NCBI GenBank assembly: GCA_028534125.1
Contig: CM052818.1
Span: 39,494,001-39,558,000 of the forward strand
Source of the DNA: Lama glama
Taxonomy: Eukaryota
DNA: 64,000 nt
Direction: 5' to 3'
Made by a program: the position numbers and the translations under genes. Under the pieces are notes generated by a model. That model was not told the DNA's origin. It searched no databases and saw only the letters and a program-made list of their open reading frames with translations. Shown in pieces: positions 11,871 to 24,792 of the stretch (within the stretch, counting starts at the first letter, position 1; each line of letters begins with the position of its first letter).

Positions 11871-12974
11871 CTAAACAATGTCTTAATCAGACATGGTTTG
11901 AGAAAAAAGTCATTACAGAGGCAATGTAAAGTTGCCAATTATCTTTGGTCATAAATGTGAAAATAGTAAGCTTTGAGTTTCACAGCATCAAAAAAGGAAT
12001 TGCATACGTGAAAAAAATCAACTGACACAGGCTTGAATCCTCTCCAGCCCACAGCTGATCTGTGATGCTCCTGGTGATGTGTGATGCTGGGTTTTATTCT
12101 CTGCTTGGATATCTGAACTAACCAGATGTAGCCAAAGATGCAGATGGGAGTGGTTGTTACAGCCACAAGGCAGCAGGCTCAGAGCTGGCCTCTCCCTAAC
12201 CCAGGCATACTGCCTCTAGCCCAAGGCTCTGGGAATTTACCAACGTGTGCACATCAGGCACTCAATATATATGCTGTTATGTAATTAAGACCCTAGGAAC
12301 ATGATTGTAGGACCCTCCAACAGTCCTTCAAAAGCTTGTGCTAATTCACCTGATGTTGCCAACTCCCATCCCATTCTGTGCTCTCTCTCCTGTTTTGTCC
12401 TTTTGCCTGACAGCAGCATGGAAGGGCTGCTCCCACTGACTCCTGGAATTGCTCCCTCCTTTGATACGTTAGCCTTCTAGCTCACAGCAAACAAGTTTTC
12501 ATTAACTTCTTTTAGGATCCACATTCTATCCATCCAACCCAGAAGTGCCTGAAATTAGGAAAGTCCTCTCTTAGAGATTAGTATTTAAGCCAAGACCTGA
12601 TTGATAAGACAGTTATGTGCAGATCTGGCAGAAAAACACCTCAAGAAAAAGAAATGGCAAGTACAAAGCCCTAAGACAGAAACGAGCCTGTTCGAAGAAT
12701 GAAAGAAGGCCAAGTGGGCTGGAGACTGGTGGCCATGAGGAGAATGGCACACAATGAGGGGAGAAGTGGGTGGTAATCAAAATGTTAGGCACATCCAGGA
12801 TGAAATAGATGTTGACCGATCAGAACAGATTGGCTGGAAAGAGGCTAAATTACATGGGACTTTGTGGGTCATCTTGAGGACTTTGGAATTTACAGTTGTT
12901 GTAATGGGAAATCATTGGAAAGCTTTACAAAGAGGAGCCACAAATCAGATTTAAGATTTAAAAAGACAACTCTA

Positions 12975-13830
12975 CAAAGTAACAATGAGATCTTGCTACA
13001 CGNNNNNNNNNNNNNNNNNNNNNNNNNNNNNNNNNNNNNNNNNNNNNNNNNNNNNNNNNNNNNNNNNNNNNNNNNNNNNNNNNNNNNNNNNNNNNNNNNN
13101 NNNNNNNNNNNNNNNNNNNNNNNNNNNNNNNNNNNNNNNNNNNNNNNNNNNNNNNNNNNNNNNNNNNNNNNNNNNNNNNNNNNNNNNNNNNNNNNNNNNN
13201 NNNNNNNNNNNNNNNNNNNNNNNNNNNNNNNNNNNNNNNNNNNNNNNNNNNNNNNNNNNNNNNNNNNNNNNNNNNNNNNNNNNNNNNNNNNNNNNNNNNN
13301 NNNNNNNNNNNNNNNNNNNNNNNNNNNNNNNNNNNNNNNNNNNNNNNNNNNNNNNNNNNNNNNNNNNNNNNNNNNNNNNNNNNNNNNNNNNNNNNNNNNN
13401 NNNNNNNNNNNNNNNNNNNNNNNNNNNNNNNNNNNNNNNNNNNNNNNNNNNNNNNAACTATGTGGCGTTCTAGACAAGGTAAAAACCATAGAGATGGCAA
13501 AAATATCAGGAGTTGAAGGGGAGGAAAGGATGACTAGGTGGAGCACAGTGGACTTTTAGGGAAGTAAAACTATTCTGTATGATACTGTAATGGTGGGTAC
13601 ATGTCATTATACATTTTTCAAAGCCAAGAGTGACCCATAAGGTAAGCTATGGACTTTGGGTGATAATGACATGTCAGTGTAGTTTCATCAGTTATAACAA
13701 ACGCACAACTGTGGTGCGGGATGTTGATAGTGGAGGACACTATGTGAACATGAGGGCAGGGGTATATGGAAACTCCCTATATTTTCTGCTTAATTTTGCT
13801 GTGAACCTAAAACTTCTTTGAAAAATTAAT
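12975..13830 (+). mobile_element. L1MC-like 3' end nested in the L2 (spans a gap)
   Basis: 'aaactattctgtatgatactgtaatggtgggtacatgtcattatacattt...ctatggactttgggtgataatgacatgtcagtgtag...ttttgctgtgaacctaaaact' is the L1MC1-3 3' UTR pattern. Confidence 0.85.
13003..13455. other. Assembly gap (453 N)
   Basis: N run. Confidence 1.
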
Positions 13831-14146
13831 CCGTGAAGCCGTGTGAAGAGTGGATTGTGTGGGGTCAAGAGAGGAGGAACGGAAGCAAGTTAGAAAGAAT
13901 TTACAGTAAACTAGATAAGAGATGTCAGTGGTTTAAACTAATATTTTGATGATAAGCAGTGGAAGAAGTAGTTAAATTTTAGATATATTTGGAGGTAATA
14001 TTGCCAGAACTTGCCGATGAATTAAATATGGAGGATGAGGGAAAGAGAGTAATCAGGGGTGGCTGTAAGGTCACTGGTCTCAACAATTGCATGGATGATT
14101 CTGTCATTGACTAAGATGAGGACTTAAGGAATAGCAGACTTGGTAA

Positions 14147-14206
14147 GTGAGTGTGTGTGCATGTGTGTGTGTGTGTGTAAAAGAGAAAGAGAGATAGAGA
14201 CAGAGA
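14147..14206. repeat. Compound (TG)n/(AG)n microsatellite
   Basis: Direct reading. Confidence 0.85.
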
Positions 14207-15679
14207 GGGGGAAAAGATGAGTAGCTCTTTTGGGGCCATGTTAGATTTAGATCTGAAATGCCTATAATCATGTGGAGCTTTGGGATCATCAAAACAATGA
14301 TGCTGTTTAGGACCATGAGAGTGTTTGCTATCACCCAGTAGTTGGGAAGAGACGGTGGCTGCAGACAGAGGTCTAGGTGGGGCACAGCACGAGTCTGTAG
14401 CAAAGGAGACGGAGCAGTCACCTGCTACTGAGAGGTTCAGCGTGCTGAAGACAGAAAACGTCGGTGGTCCTCATCAAACACAAGTCCTTGGTAACCTTGA
14501 TCAGACCATTTTTGTTCGGTGGTAGTGAGGGAAGCCCAGCGGGGTGAGTTGAAGGGACAATGGGAGATATGGAGGTAATTGCAGGGGTAGGGTCCTGAGA
14601 AGCTGAGAGAGAAGGATTCAATGCAAAGACAATGGTTTGCTAGGCTTGGAGAGGAAATAACATGCTTTCTCCATATCCCTGTGGCAAGAGACTGAAGAGG
14701 GCCACTTGCTGAGAGTGAGGGGATTTTAGATGTTTGAGGGGATAAGAGAAGACATGAAATAGTTGTCTTGGGGACTTGGAAAGTAAAATGAATAGACAAG
14801 AAAATAAGATTATTGGCAGTGTAGAGATTTGTGCTTACAAATTTACAGCAAATCCAATCAGCACAACTATGATATGATTTTTTCCTGCGGAGGTGGTTGG
14901 TTGGTTGGTTACAGACTCAGAGGCAGCAGATAACTTGGTTAATTGACGTTCAGGTATTTCTAGGCTGGTGTGATATAGAGAGAAAAAAAGGGACAGAATT
15001 GACAAACATGCAAGAGAGTGGATACAATGCTGATCAGAGAAGCTGAGCTGGATACGGAGGAGGGTGAGACTGTGTGTGCGTTTGGGGGAGAGGGTGATGG
15101 TGGTGATAAAGGGGAAGGCACGAAGGACTGAACGTCTCAGTGGGATCAGAGTTGCGGGAGTGACTGCTCTAGATCAAGGGAAGAGCTGGCCAGAGAGTGA
15201 AGCTGCTTGGTGTTTCCCAGGTGATGCAGTTACTGGTTGAAATAACTTTGCAAAACTACAAAGTACAACCGTGGGAGGTGGTGGCTGAGGTGGGATGGAG
15301 GGAAAGCTCGTTGAATCTCCTGGGACCAAGGAAAAGAGAGACCCGAGTGCTGGGGAATAGGTCATTTATATGGATGTAAAGCTGCCAAGAATGACAGGAG
15401 TGGTGGTGGAGAGGACAGTAAGCCAAGTGCTAAAGTCATCAGTGAAGCGGGGAATGACAGGGAAGTCAACACAAGGCGGAGTGGTGGGTGGTGAAGTCTC
15501 ATGACTTGCACTTCAAAGAACCAAGGGCTTTGAAGAAGGAAGGAGAAATGACTTGGAAGAAGCAATGAGGGTCAGAGAGGATACCTACCTGTCTTCCAGA
15601 TCCTATAGGCCCGTGAGAGAATAGTGGCTTCTAGTTGAGAGAATTCCAGGGGAAGTGATGTTTTGGGGCAGAGAATGTC

Positions 15680-16075
15680 CCCAGAGGAGCAGACTGATGG
15701 TTGAGCAGACTGCGGAAGGAAGGGACATGGTAGTTAACCAGACAGCTAAAAGAGGGAAGGGCTTTCTATACAGAAGGAACCCCATGTGCAAATTGTTCAG
15801 AAATAAGAAAAAGCATGATGTAATTGAGAAAGCATAAGGAACGACTCAGGGTGCAGATTTTGGGTGGATAGAGCGAGTGGGAGTGGCGGGTCTAAGAGAG
15901 CGCTCAGGGGGCCGTGTTACAGAGCTGGGACCTGGGCTGCCATCGGGAGGTTTTGAACAGGGAACAACACTGTGTTTCAGAAAGATCACTTGGGCTTTGG
16001 CATGGGGGACGATGGCACGCTAGAGGTGTGGAGACTGGGTCAGAGGCTGCTGCGAAAGTCTCTGAAGACAATCTG
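15680..16075 (-). mobile_element. L2 fragment
   Basis: 'gaaggaaccccatgtgcaaa...gccatcgggaggttttgaacaggga...tgtgtttcagaaagatcactt' is antisense L2. Confidence 0.6.
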
Positions 16076-17660
16076 GAAGGCTCATCTCTCTCGCTGGGAG
16101 TATTTTGTCTCTGTTCCTGTCTCAGCTGATTTTTGGGTAAACTCCAAGGCTGAGTATTCCCACATGCATTTAAAAGATGGATTAACTCTAATTGCCTGCT
16201 AAGAAGTGGACTAAGTCTTTGCATTCAGGAAAAGGGGTGGGCGTCCACTTTTAGAGAAAGAGAGAAGAAAAGAGATGAGAAGAGGGAGTACAACAGTGAA
16301 TTTTCCTTCTGATTCTGTTTCCTGGATGGGACTTCAGGCCACCAGAGCAGATACAAGCGCAAAGAACAATGGATTCGAGGAGGGAGAGAGGAGGGCGGTG
16401 GTAGGAGATGTGAGCAGGACTCAGTTGTGTCATTATTGGCCTTTCCAGGTATTTCCATGTTGCTCCGTGCAGATCGGTGGCCTGCAGTTTACCTGGCACA
16501 GGGCTGGCTCCTTGCTCTGGCCCCCGCAGCCCCTTGCCAGAGGGTCAGTTTCTTGGGTTGTTTGCTTTTAGCAGTAATTTTTCAGAGGTCTTCTCCTCTC
16601 CATGACTCCTACTCTGAGGTTGTCTTAGGTGGTAAGCCATTTGAAGCAGCAATTTTTCATGGTGGAGTTTGAAATGACAAGAAGAAGGCATTCCTTCTTC
16701 TTCAGAAGCCAGTCATGAACAGCCTTCTTGAACATCTGAAAACATTAGATCAGGAATTCAAAATTGAGGGTCACCCGGAAGTTCTTTGTGACTCTGCGTC
16801 CTGCCCCTCATCCTCTGGGCTCATTCTCCAGGGGCCTCTCCCTCACCCAGCTCCCAGGCAGGGACTCCCTGAACGGCGCCCTCAGCCGTGAACATAGAGG
16901 GCTGCTCTCTCACCTTAGGTTGGCTGGAGTTGAGGGACACAGAGAGGACACAGTGAGTCCCACAGGAGAGTGGGAGGAGGTACCCTAGAGCCTTGGGGGC
17001 TGGGCCACGAGGTTTGAATCTTAAAGATGATGGGAGTCCTATGTCTGCGAGGGAAGAGATGGGGGAGCCCCGCCCCTCCTCTGGGACAGCCCCTGGGGCC
17101 AGAGCCCCGGCCTCTGCGAGGATCCCGGGCAGCTTGCCATGGCGCCTTCTTCGCTGGCCTCGCAGAAAGGCCGTCTGTCGCTTAGGAAAGTCGACTATGT
17201 CTCCCTCGGGCTGAGGTCATTATTAGTGATAATGTGGCCCCAGGGACTGAAGTTACACACGACGCAGCCGCAGACTTGCTTCTCAGGCCAAGGGCTCCAG
17301 CGTCTTCCTCAGGCCCGTGATCTAGACCAGGAGCTGCTTACCAGCCATGAAACAATTTTGCCTCTTTGGCTTTGCTTCAGCCGCCTCGGGCACAGGCATC
17401 AGGTGAGCCACTGAGCTTCTGCAACCACAGGGTCCAGGTCTATAGATTTGAGGCTGGACCTGAGCAGCTCTCCTGTTCCTGGAGATGGTCTCAGAGTCCA
17501 CGTCTGGCCAACCCCAGAGCTGTTTTCTGGTGACCAAGGTACCATTTTGATACATACTTTCCCAGCAACCTCCCTGCCCTCCCCAGTGCCCACACCACAC
17601 CAAGCTTCAGGTCACCCAGCACACCACACTAATAGATCTCACCCAATATGCCCCGTGGTC

Positions 17661-17692
17661 ACCACACGCACACTCACACACACACACACACA
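17661..17692. repeat. Imperfect (CA)n microsatellite
   Basis: Direct reading. Confidence 0.9.
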
Positions 17693-18636
17693 TTGCGCAG
17701 TCCTTCGTATCTCACAGATCACAGAGCACAAGCAAACCTCACCCTTTCACAAACCCTCTGCATCACACGTGGACTCCCAGCCTTCTGCCAGAGCCGGGCA
17801 GTTAAGACTGCCTGCTGGAGGGCTGGGCCAGAATTGTCAGGAGGTTGATGATGTGTATGAAAAGGAAAAAAAAAGACATGATTTGGAAAATATTTCCAGG
17901 ATTTGAAAACAAACGTATGATATTTGATCTGTTCGTGATCCATTTGTGTAGCACTCGTGTTGCTAAATACTGCCTGATGGTGAAAACATTTGGCAAGACT
18001 GCAAGTTTATTTAGAGGTTTGGGGGGAAAATGCTGCTTAGTGAAGAGTGAGCTGGTGTGGCCAGGAGAGAGAAAGGGGGATGTGCATCAGAGATTTTAGT
18101 GGAAATTGGAAACCTGGGCTCCAAGCAGGTCCATCAGTGAGCACCGTTTCACTCAAAGGACTAAACTTTTTTCAGGCTGGCTTGGACAGACCTGCTCTCT
18201 CCTGGTGCTCTCTCTACATGCTCCTATGGGTGGCATCTTCCAGCTGATTGTCCAGTGGGCCAGGCAATCACACTGGCACCCTCATGGGAGAGGCATGGGG
18301 GAAGGGAGAGAGGAAGGCAAGACCCTCCTCTGCCTCTCCAAAGGCTGGTTTTTAAAGTCCATCCCCAGGCCTCCTCCCAGAATGCTTTCCTTGACTTTTC
18401 TGTTCTCACCATAGCTTCTAAGAGCTTAGCACCAACAGCCTGGATCCTGGAACTTGGCAAGTCATCTAACATTCTTCTTTAAGCACCATATAACTGGAAC
18501 TGAACCAGGGCTGGGGGAGAGAGTATTAACCAAGACAGACATCTTCTTGCTGCTGTAGGGAACAGAGATACTCAATAATAATAATAAAAAAAATACAATT
18601 GTAGAAGGGAAGGGCATTTGCATTTGTATAGTATTT

Positions 18637-19005
18637 ATTTATCTTAGTTTTTTTTGAAATTGAAGTACAGTCAATTACAACACGTCTGTCTCTGGTGTAC
18701 AGCACAATGTCCTAGGCATACATATACATATATATATATTCATTTTCATTAAAGGTTATTACAAGATATTGAATATAGTTCCCTGTGTTATACAGAAGAA
18801 ACTTAAAAAAATCTATTTTTATACATAATGGCTAACATTTGCAAATCTCAAACTCTCAAATTTATCCTTTCCCACCCCTTTTCCCCAGTAACCATAAGAT
18901 TATTTACTGTGTCTTCGAATCTATTTCTGTTTTGTAGATGAGTTCATAGTGTCCTTTTCTCTTTTTTTTTTTTAGATTCCACATATGAGTGATATCATAT
19001 GGTAT
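18637..19005 (-). mobile_element. 5'-truncated lineage-specific L1 3' end with TSD
   Basis: T-rich start, then 'gaaattgaagtacagtcaattacaa...ttagattccacatatgagtgatatcatatggtat'. Perfect 11-bp TSD GTATAGTATTT at 18626-18636 and 19002-19012. Confidence 0.9.
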
Positions 19006-19184
19006 AGTATTTGTGTCGTAACTCCCAGGGGACAGGAACTGTTAAAGGAGGGACAAGTGTTACTCTTTGTAACAGAGAAAAAGGCAGAGTAGAAAAAAAC
19101 TGAATTACACATCTGTAAAAGAAGTGTCGTTTTTTTTTCTCTGAGTCAGCTCAGCATTTTCAAATTCACAGATACTGACTCGTG

Positions 19185-19278
19185 GTAGACTTGAGGCCCA
19201 GGGAGGGGAAGGAACTTGCCCAAGGTCACACAACAAGTTAACAGCAGAAATGGGACCCAGGCTTCTTGCCTTCCAGGA
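19185..19278 (-). mobile_element. MIR fragment
   Basis: 'tgaggcccagggaggggaaggaacttgcccaaggtcacaca' is the MIR core, antisense. Confidence 0.8.
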
Positions 19279-19289
19279 CAGGGCTCGCT

Positions 19290-19800
19290 GGCTTTGCCTA
19301 ATTACCCAAATCCGTCCCAACATGGAATCAGAGTCTCTGGCCACGGCTCTGACGGCATTCCGGAACCGAGTCGTAAATCCCTAGCCCTGCAGCCACTCCG
19401 CTCTGACACTTGTTGTGTTTTTACCGCCAAATGCTGCTGCTCAGAGATGCCATCTCCGGAGGGAGAAATTCTTGAAAGAGACACCCCTTTCTCCCCCTTC
19501 CCAAATTAGGAGTTAATTAGTACCAAAATGTGTGTGGAGGCGGAGGAGTGCCTTGACTGGCCTTCCAGTGGGTCCCAAAGCAGAGAAACGTCTCATTTTG
19601 AAAGCGTCTAATTGTGCCTGCATCTCTGTTTGGAGAAGGGAGTCTCTACGTCTGGGCCAGGCACCCTCAGGGACGGATCTGTTAACTTGCTGTCACCTTC
19701 TTTTGAGATACCATCGTCTTGTAACTCTGAGCAATAAAACGAGTAATTGTGGGTCTTTTGAAGCAAGGCTGTGCGCCCTGGCCAGTTTATTTACTCTGAA
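19290..19800. promoter_or_regulatory. Candidate developmental enhancer (homeodomain, posterior HOX, TEAD motifs)
   Basis: CTAATTA 19298, GCATTCC 19355, GTCGTAAA 19370, TTAATTAG 19513, CTAATTG 19608, CTGTCA 19690, GCAATAAAA 19731, GTAATTG 19743; CpGs retained. Confidence 0.4.
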
Positions 19801-21119
19801 AGGCCTTCAGTTGGACCGGTGGCTGGCCCCATCACCCGGTCATCCATCTGCCCATTCTTCCAGCTCCCCTTCCTGGCTTCAGGCTCACAGGAGCCCCCTC
19901 CGCCCTTCTCCTTCCTTCCCTTTCCTCCCTCTCTCCCTTTTTTTCCCTTGTTGTTCCCAGAGCTCCACATTTTAGAAAAGATTGTTTTCACCCTAAAGTC
20001 TTTCTGTTTGGCCTAATGAGGCTTTCCTACCTCAGAGGTGTTTGAAAAAGGGCTGACTCTCTTTGTTGGAATGCAGACTATCCACAAAAGCTGCCCCACC
20101 CCCACCCCATTCCATCCTTGGTTCCTCCCCAACCCTCCTTTAGGCTGGCAAACTGAGTGTTGGTGGAGCTGGGGGGGTCTCAAGCCTAGGGTGGCACCCC
20201 CGGGGGGGGGCAGCCCTGCCTCCCTCACTCGGCTCTGAACGGCATTTGTATTACTCAGAATTTAAATGAAGTTCTCAAAAGACAAAACTAATGAAGATTT
20301 ACTAAGGCTGCCATTGTCTGATAATTCAATACCAGCTCATTATTAGAACCACATTTATTGAGGTTTAATCACTCTGAAGCAGATTGCTCTGGCATAGCTG
20401 TCAAACCGCACAAAATGTGTTCTTAATAACTAATCAGTACAGTATCTTGTCCTTCGAGCATTCATCATGGGCTTGGGTGTGTTTTTAAAGGGACGCTGTC
20501 AGTGTGCTTTAGAAACTTCATCATGGTTTGTTTTTAATAACTCTTCAGATCCTTTAAGCAACGGGAAAGGGAAAAACAGATTCCTCCCCAAATTCTGTCC
20601 CTGAGCCCTGACGGACGAGTCCTGGAACGTGACTGAAGCCTTCCTGGGATCCAGGGCTGAGCTGCTGACATTTTGTTTTTCAAAGACAGGAAAAAAAAAA
20701 AACCTCCCCCCACACTCAGCATTTGTTTTCCTTGCTTGGAATCTCCAGGCACCAAGGGGATGGTGAACTCAGAAGGGACTAGGGGCTCCTCCTAGTCCGG
20801 GATCTCACGTTCAAACACCTGAGCAAAGACTTTCTGAGTAAGCTGCTCTCTCTGCCCACACAGTCCGAAGGCTGGGGTCTTGGATGAAGCTGTGTCTCTT
20901 GATGGGGTTGACTGAGTAGAACCTGCATTCGGACTGTTTTCCCTACTGGGCTGGCAAAGGTCAAGGAAGAGCTGGGTTTTGTCTCCCCAGGGATCCCTGG
21001 GGAGCCTTGCAGAGGGGTGGTGAGGATCAGATGAAATCACCTACATGAAGTCACTTTCCATTCTGATCAGCATCTTCCCTAAGTTCACAGCTGGGGGGGG
21101 TGGTTATTATCATTTTTAC

Positions 21120-21362
21120 TATTATGATTAAGAATGCAGGCTCTGGACTGAGTTGGCTTGAGTGCCAAACTTAGCTACGGTTCCAGCTCTTTGATCTAAG
21201 TAAGTTGTCAGTCTGTCTTAAGTCTCGGTATTCCCTCCTCCAGGATGGGGATATCCTTCATCCCTGCTTCAGAGAGTGCTTATGAGGGTCCAGAGGTGAT
21301 GCGTGCAAAGAGCCCAGCTCTTAGCTGGGAGCACGAGAGCCTTTGGTGAGTGTTAGTTGCTT
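21120..21362 (+). mobile_element. MIR SINE (degraded, near full length)
   Basis: 'atgattaagaatgcaggctctggactgag...gtgcttatgagggtccagaggtgatgcgtgcaaagagcccagc'. Confidence 0.65.
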
Positions 21363-21561
21363 TGTTGTCAGTGGATGAGCCTTCATGGCCCTTCCCCCCT
21401 GCCCCCACCCCGGCCCCTTGGCCTTAGAGTTTGCTGCCATGAGCTTCTGCTGGCTGTGAGGCCCTGAGCAACCTTGCTGAGGTCAGAGGAGGTGCTGAGG
21501 GCACAAACCCTCCTTTTGGGTGTCATCCCCCACTTTTCACTTTTCCCTGCTCTTGTCTAAG

Positions 21562-21767
21562 GAGGTGGCTCTCATCCAGGGACTATTTTGTCCCCCAGGG
21601 GATATCTGGCCATGTCTGGAGACATTTTTGATTATCACAGCTTGGGGAGGGGGAATTGTGAGCAGGTAGTGGGTAGCGACCAGAGATGCTATGAAACATC
21701 CTACAATGACAGCCCTACAACAAAGGATTATTGGCCCCAAACGTAGTGCTGAGACTGAGATGCCCTG
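21562..21767 (+). mobile_element. MER20 (hAT-Charlie MITE)
   Basis: 'ttttgtcccccagggg..atctggccatgtctggagacatttttgattatcacagcttgggg...gatgctatgaaacatcctacaatg...gattattggccccaaa' matches MER20. Confidence 0.9.
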
Positions 21768-22829
21768 TTCTAAGGAGCTGAGACTTCCTGATGCCAGGAG
21801 GTTCTGTATAAAAGGGCCTGCACCTGCGCTCAGAAGGCGGCCTTCCCAGGGGGATCCCTGGAGGTTAAAGAATTCACTGACATTTCAACCCTTAGAAAAG
21901 GACAGAAAGCATAGTTCTGTGTCAGTTAATTCCACGGCCTTCTGTGACCTCTGAAGAGTCCATGGAGAGGAGTAGGGACACTGTCTTCCACTCTCAGCTC
22001 TGGGTCGGATTTTCTGGCCAGACGTCAGGTCCTTACTGTGCTTTGCTGTCCCCAGGTTACTCATGAAATTTCCTGGACTCAGAATCCATTGTTTGGCTTT
22101 GTGCCTTGCCCTCCAGCCTCCTGGAACCCCTCACCCCTTCCACCATGTCCAGGTGGAAGCTCCAGGGATTGGGCTCTGTCTCCAGGAGTGCCTCAGAGAG
22201 AACACAGGCAGCGTGGGATGCGTTGACCCACTCTGAGTACTTGCACTCCTGCCCGGGCTGATGGTCCCCAGGAGACCTGCACCCCAGGGTTCGCTTCTCC
22301 CACTAGGACCACTGTCTCCTCCAAACAGGGTAACTGGAAGGGTTATCTCCTGTAGCAGGTGTTACACTCAGGGTGAAATTCAAGGTCTAAAGGAGAAGAG
22401 CTGGTCCTGCTGCTTTAGAGAGGTTTGCAGGTGAGCAGGTTAGAGCTGGGCCCCGCTCTGCCTGGGGTACGTGCCTCGTCAGTTCCTAAGGGAAAATCCA
22501 GAATGCGGGGTCTGGGACCCCTGTGCTCATCGCCCCGAGGCTTTCACTGTGGTGGAGAAAACTCCACCAGGGATTAGACTGGAAGGATGACAGGTGCCTG
22601 GCAAGTGAGCAGGGAAGACTCTCAAGGGTGTGGCGTTTTCTTGGGACCTTTGCAGCCACAAGCTCAGGTTGTAACTCAGTACAGCCTGATTTCCCCTCCC
22701 TGTCCCACTGTGAGCAGTGCAAGTGAGAAAGGGAGCGTTGTATTCCCCCTGCTCCATCTATCCAACCAGGCAGACAGCATCCTATTTGTAGGGCCCTGGA
22801 TGACCCTGCTGCCCTGTTCCCTCCTGTGG

Positions 22830-22975
22830 CCTCATGCCATCTCTGTGAGGTAGGTGGATAAATACTGTCACAGCTAAGGAAATAGGCTCAGAGAGGACAA
22901 ATGCTTTACCTAAGGCTGCACAGCTGGTGAAGAACAGAGCCAAGGCTGAAAGCCAGGGCTGCCAGTCCCTCCTCT
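22830..22975 (-). mobile_element. MIR fragment
   Basis: 'acagctaaggaaataggctcagagagg...ttacctaaggctgcacagctggtga'. Confidence 0.75.
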
Positions 22976-24635
22976 GGGGCCTTGGAAGGAGCTCAGGGTG
23001 ACCCAAACCAGGGCAGCTCCAGTTGGTACCACCGTGTCCTGGGAAATGCATTTTAGATGACTCTACTTGGCCTTTGAGTCTGAGCCTCCCAGTCCGTGAG
23101 TCAGCTAGATCGACGGCACGTGTCTGTCCCAAACCCGTGTCCTGCTTCCCCTGTCCATGCTTCAGGTTCCTGAGACATCAGAACTCCCCGCCCCATGGCC
23201 CTGAGCCTGTCTCCAGGTCCTGGCAGGCCGGGCTGCCAAGATGTGAACCCCTAGACTCCAGGGAGGGCTGAGCGGAGGCTGCTTGCGGGGAGCACACGGA
23301 GCTTGAACACGTGGGCCAGTGACCATGGGGGCTGACTGGAGGCAGCAGGCAAGGTGAATGGGCCAAGGGCTAGCGGTCCTCACGCTGCCATGTTCTGGGG
23401 CAGAGCTCCGAGGAGTTGGAATTCCAACTGGCCATCCAGGTTGTTTTGAGGGGATCCTTGTCAAGGAAGAAGGAGAGAATTTAGTTTTTCAGCAGTTTGT
23501 TGGCGTGATTCAGTACCATTAAGTGTGTACACTGTGGTAAGTTGGCCTCTGTTTGTACGCTAGCCTGGGGCCTGGCAAGTGTTAGGGGTGGACTCGGCCA
23601 GTTCCAGACCTGGAGGCTCCGTGGTCTTTCAGCTGCACGGGGCCTGGGCCTGCACCACCCGCTCCACTGCCGCCCTGTCCCCCCTCCCCGTCCCCGTCTG
23701 GGCCATCACAGCAGCAGCCTCGGACCACTCTCCCCACTGCCAACCGCGCTGTGCTGGAAGGAAGGAACACACCAGCTCCCCTTGCCCGCAGCCCTCGGGA
23801 GCTCTTTAGGCTTGGTAACATGTTCTTGTGAGACATCCTTTTCACACATCTCTTCCTCAAAGGTCCAAATCCCAAGCCAGGGCCCCCAGACAAGTCTCCC
23901 CTCCAACTCTCCTTACAGGATGAAATCTGTGTTTCCGGCCCTGGGAATACCCATGTCTGCCTGCTTCTTAGGATGTTGCTGGAGGCAGAATGATCCACCT
24001 CCTGGCTTGCCCAGGACCACCTTGGGATGCAGGATTTGCAGTGGGAGAACTGGGATGTCCCAGGTTACCTGGAAGGCAGAGAACCTTCCTGATGCTTCTC
24101 AGCCTATGGGTTGGGGGCCAGGATTGTTTAACTGGACTCGGAACTCTGACGGCTGCGAGTTACCCCTCTATGGGAATAAGTCAGATCCCTGCTGAACAAC
24201 TTCCTTAGTTCTGGTTGCCCATGAGCCTCGTACAGCTGCTCAGGGAAGGCTGGATCCTTCCGTGATCTGGGACCCACCTTCCCAGTAGCCCTCATCTCTT
24301 GCCCTACACCTTGCACTTTCACCCTTCCTGGAACTTGTCACACTGTCTCCAGGGCAGGATTGCTTCTGCCCAGATCACCTTCCCCTCCTGGTTCACTCTC
24401 ACTCATCTCTCAAAAACTCATCCAAGGGTGACCTCCTTTGAAAACACTGATACTCCCCTCCCCACCCTGCCCCTGGCATCAGTTGTCATTCTTTTCTCCC
24501 AGCTTCCCCTGCACTTGGTACAAATTCAACTGGTGTTGATGCGGGAGCTTGGAACTGTGCTAGGGGCATGCTTCTCTTATAAAGCTCTTCATATGTGCTG
24601 TTATTATTATTGAATAATCTGCTTCTCCTGCTCAG

Positions 24636-24792
24636 CCAGTGGTTTCTAACTTCTTTTTCAAGGGCCACAGAGCCCTTTGAGAATCTGGTGAAAGTTCCAG
24701 CCCCTCTGCCTAGAAAAGTACACAAGTATACAAATATATCACTTATGGAAGTTCAGAGACTCCTGGGGTCCACAGAACCAGGATATGAAATG
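24636..24792 (+). mobile_element. hAT MITE (MER103-like)
   Basis: 'cagtggtttctaac...gagccctttgagaatctggtgaaagttccagcccctctgcctagaaaa'. Confidence 0.7.

Larger units (their letters stand above)
12565..15660 (-). mobile_element. Long L2 LINE fossil interrupted by an L1
   Basis: Purine-rich antisense L2 pattern. The minus strand gives decayed RT motifs LGDSKHSHGPKQHHCFDD (~14285-14338; cf. LGDLIxSHGFxYHLYADD) and a GF..H.T...LIKVT.DL-like motif (~14480-14540; needs a frameshift). Confidence 0.8.

Noticed and set aside
17845-17980. Box C/D snoRNA (TGATGA ... CTGA)
   Set aside because: No terminal stem or recognisable rRNA antisense element; these words are common by chance.
23542-24195. 217-aa ORF
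   Set aside because: Non-ATG start, low-information Pro/Leu/Ser/Gly composition typical of GC-rich non-coding DNA, no domain.
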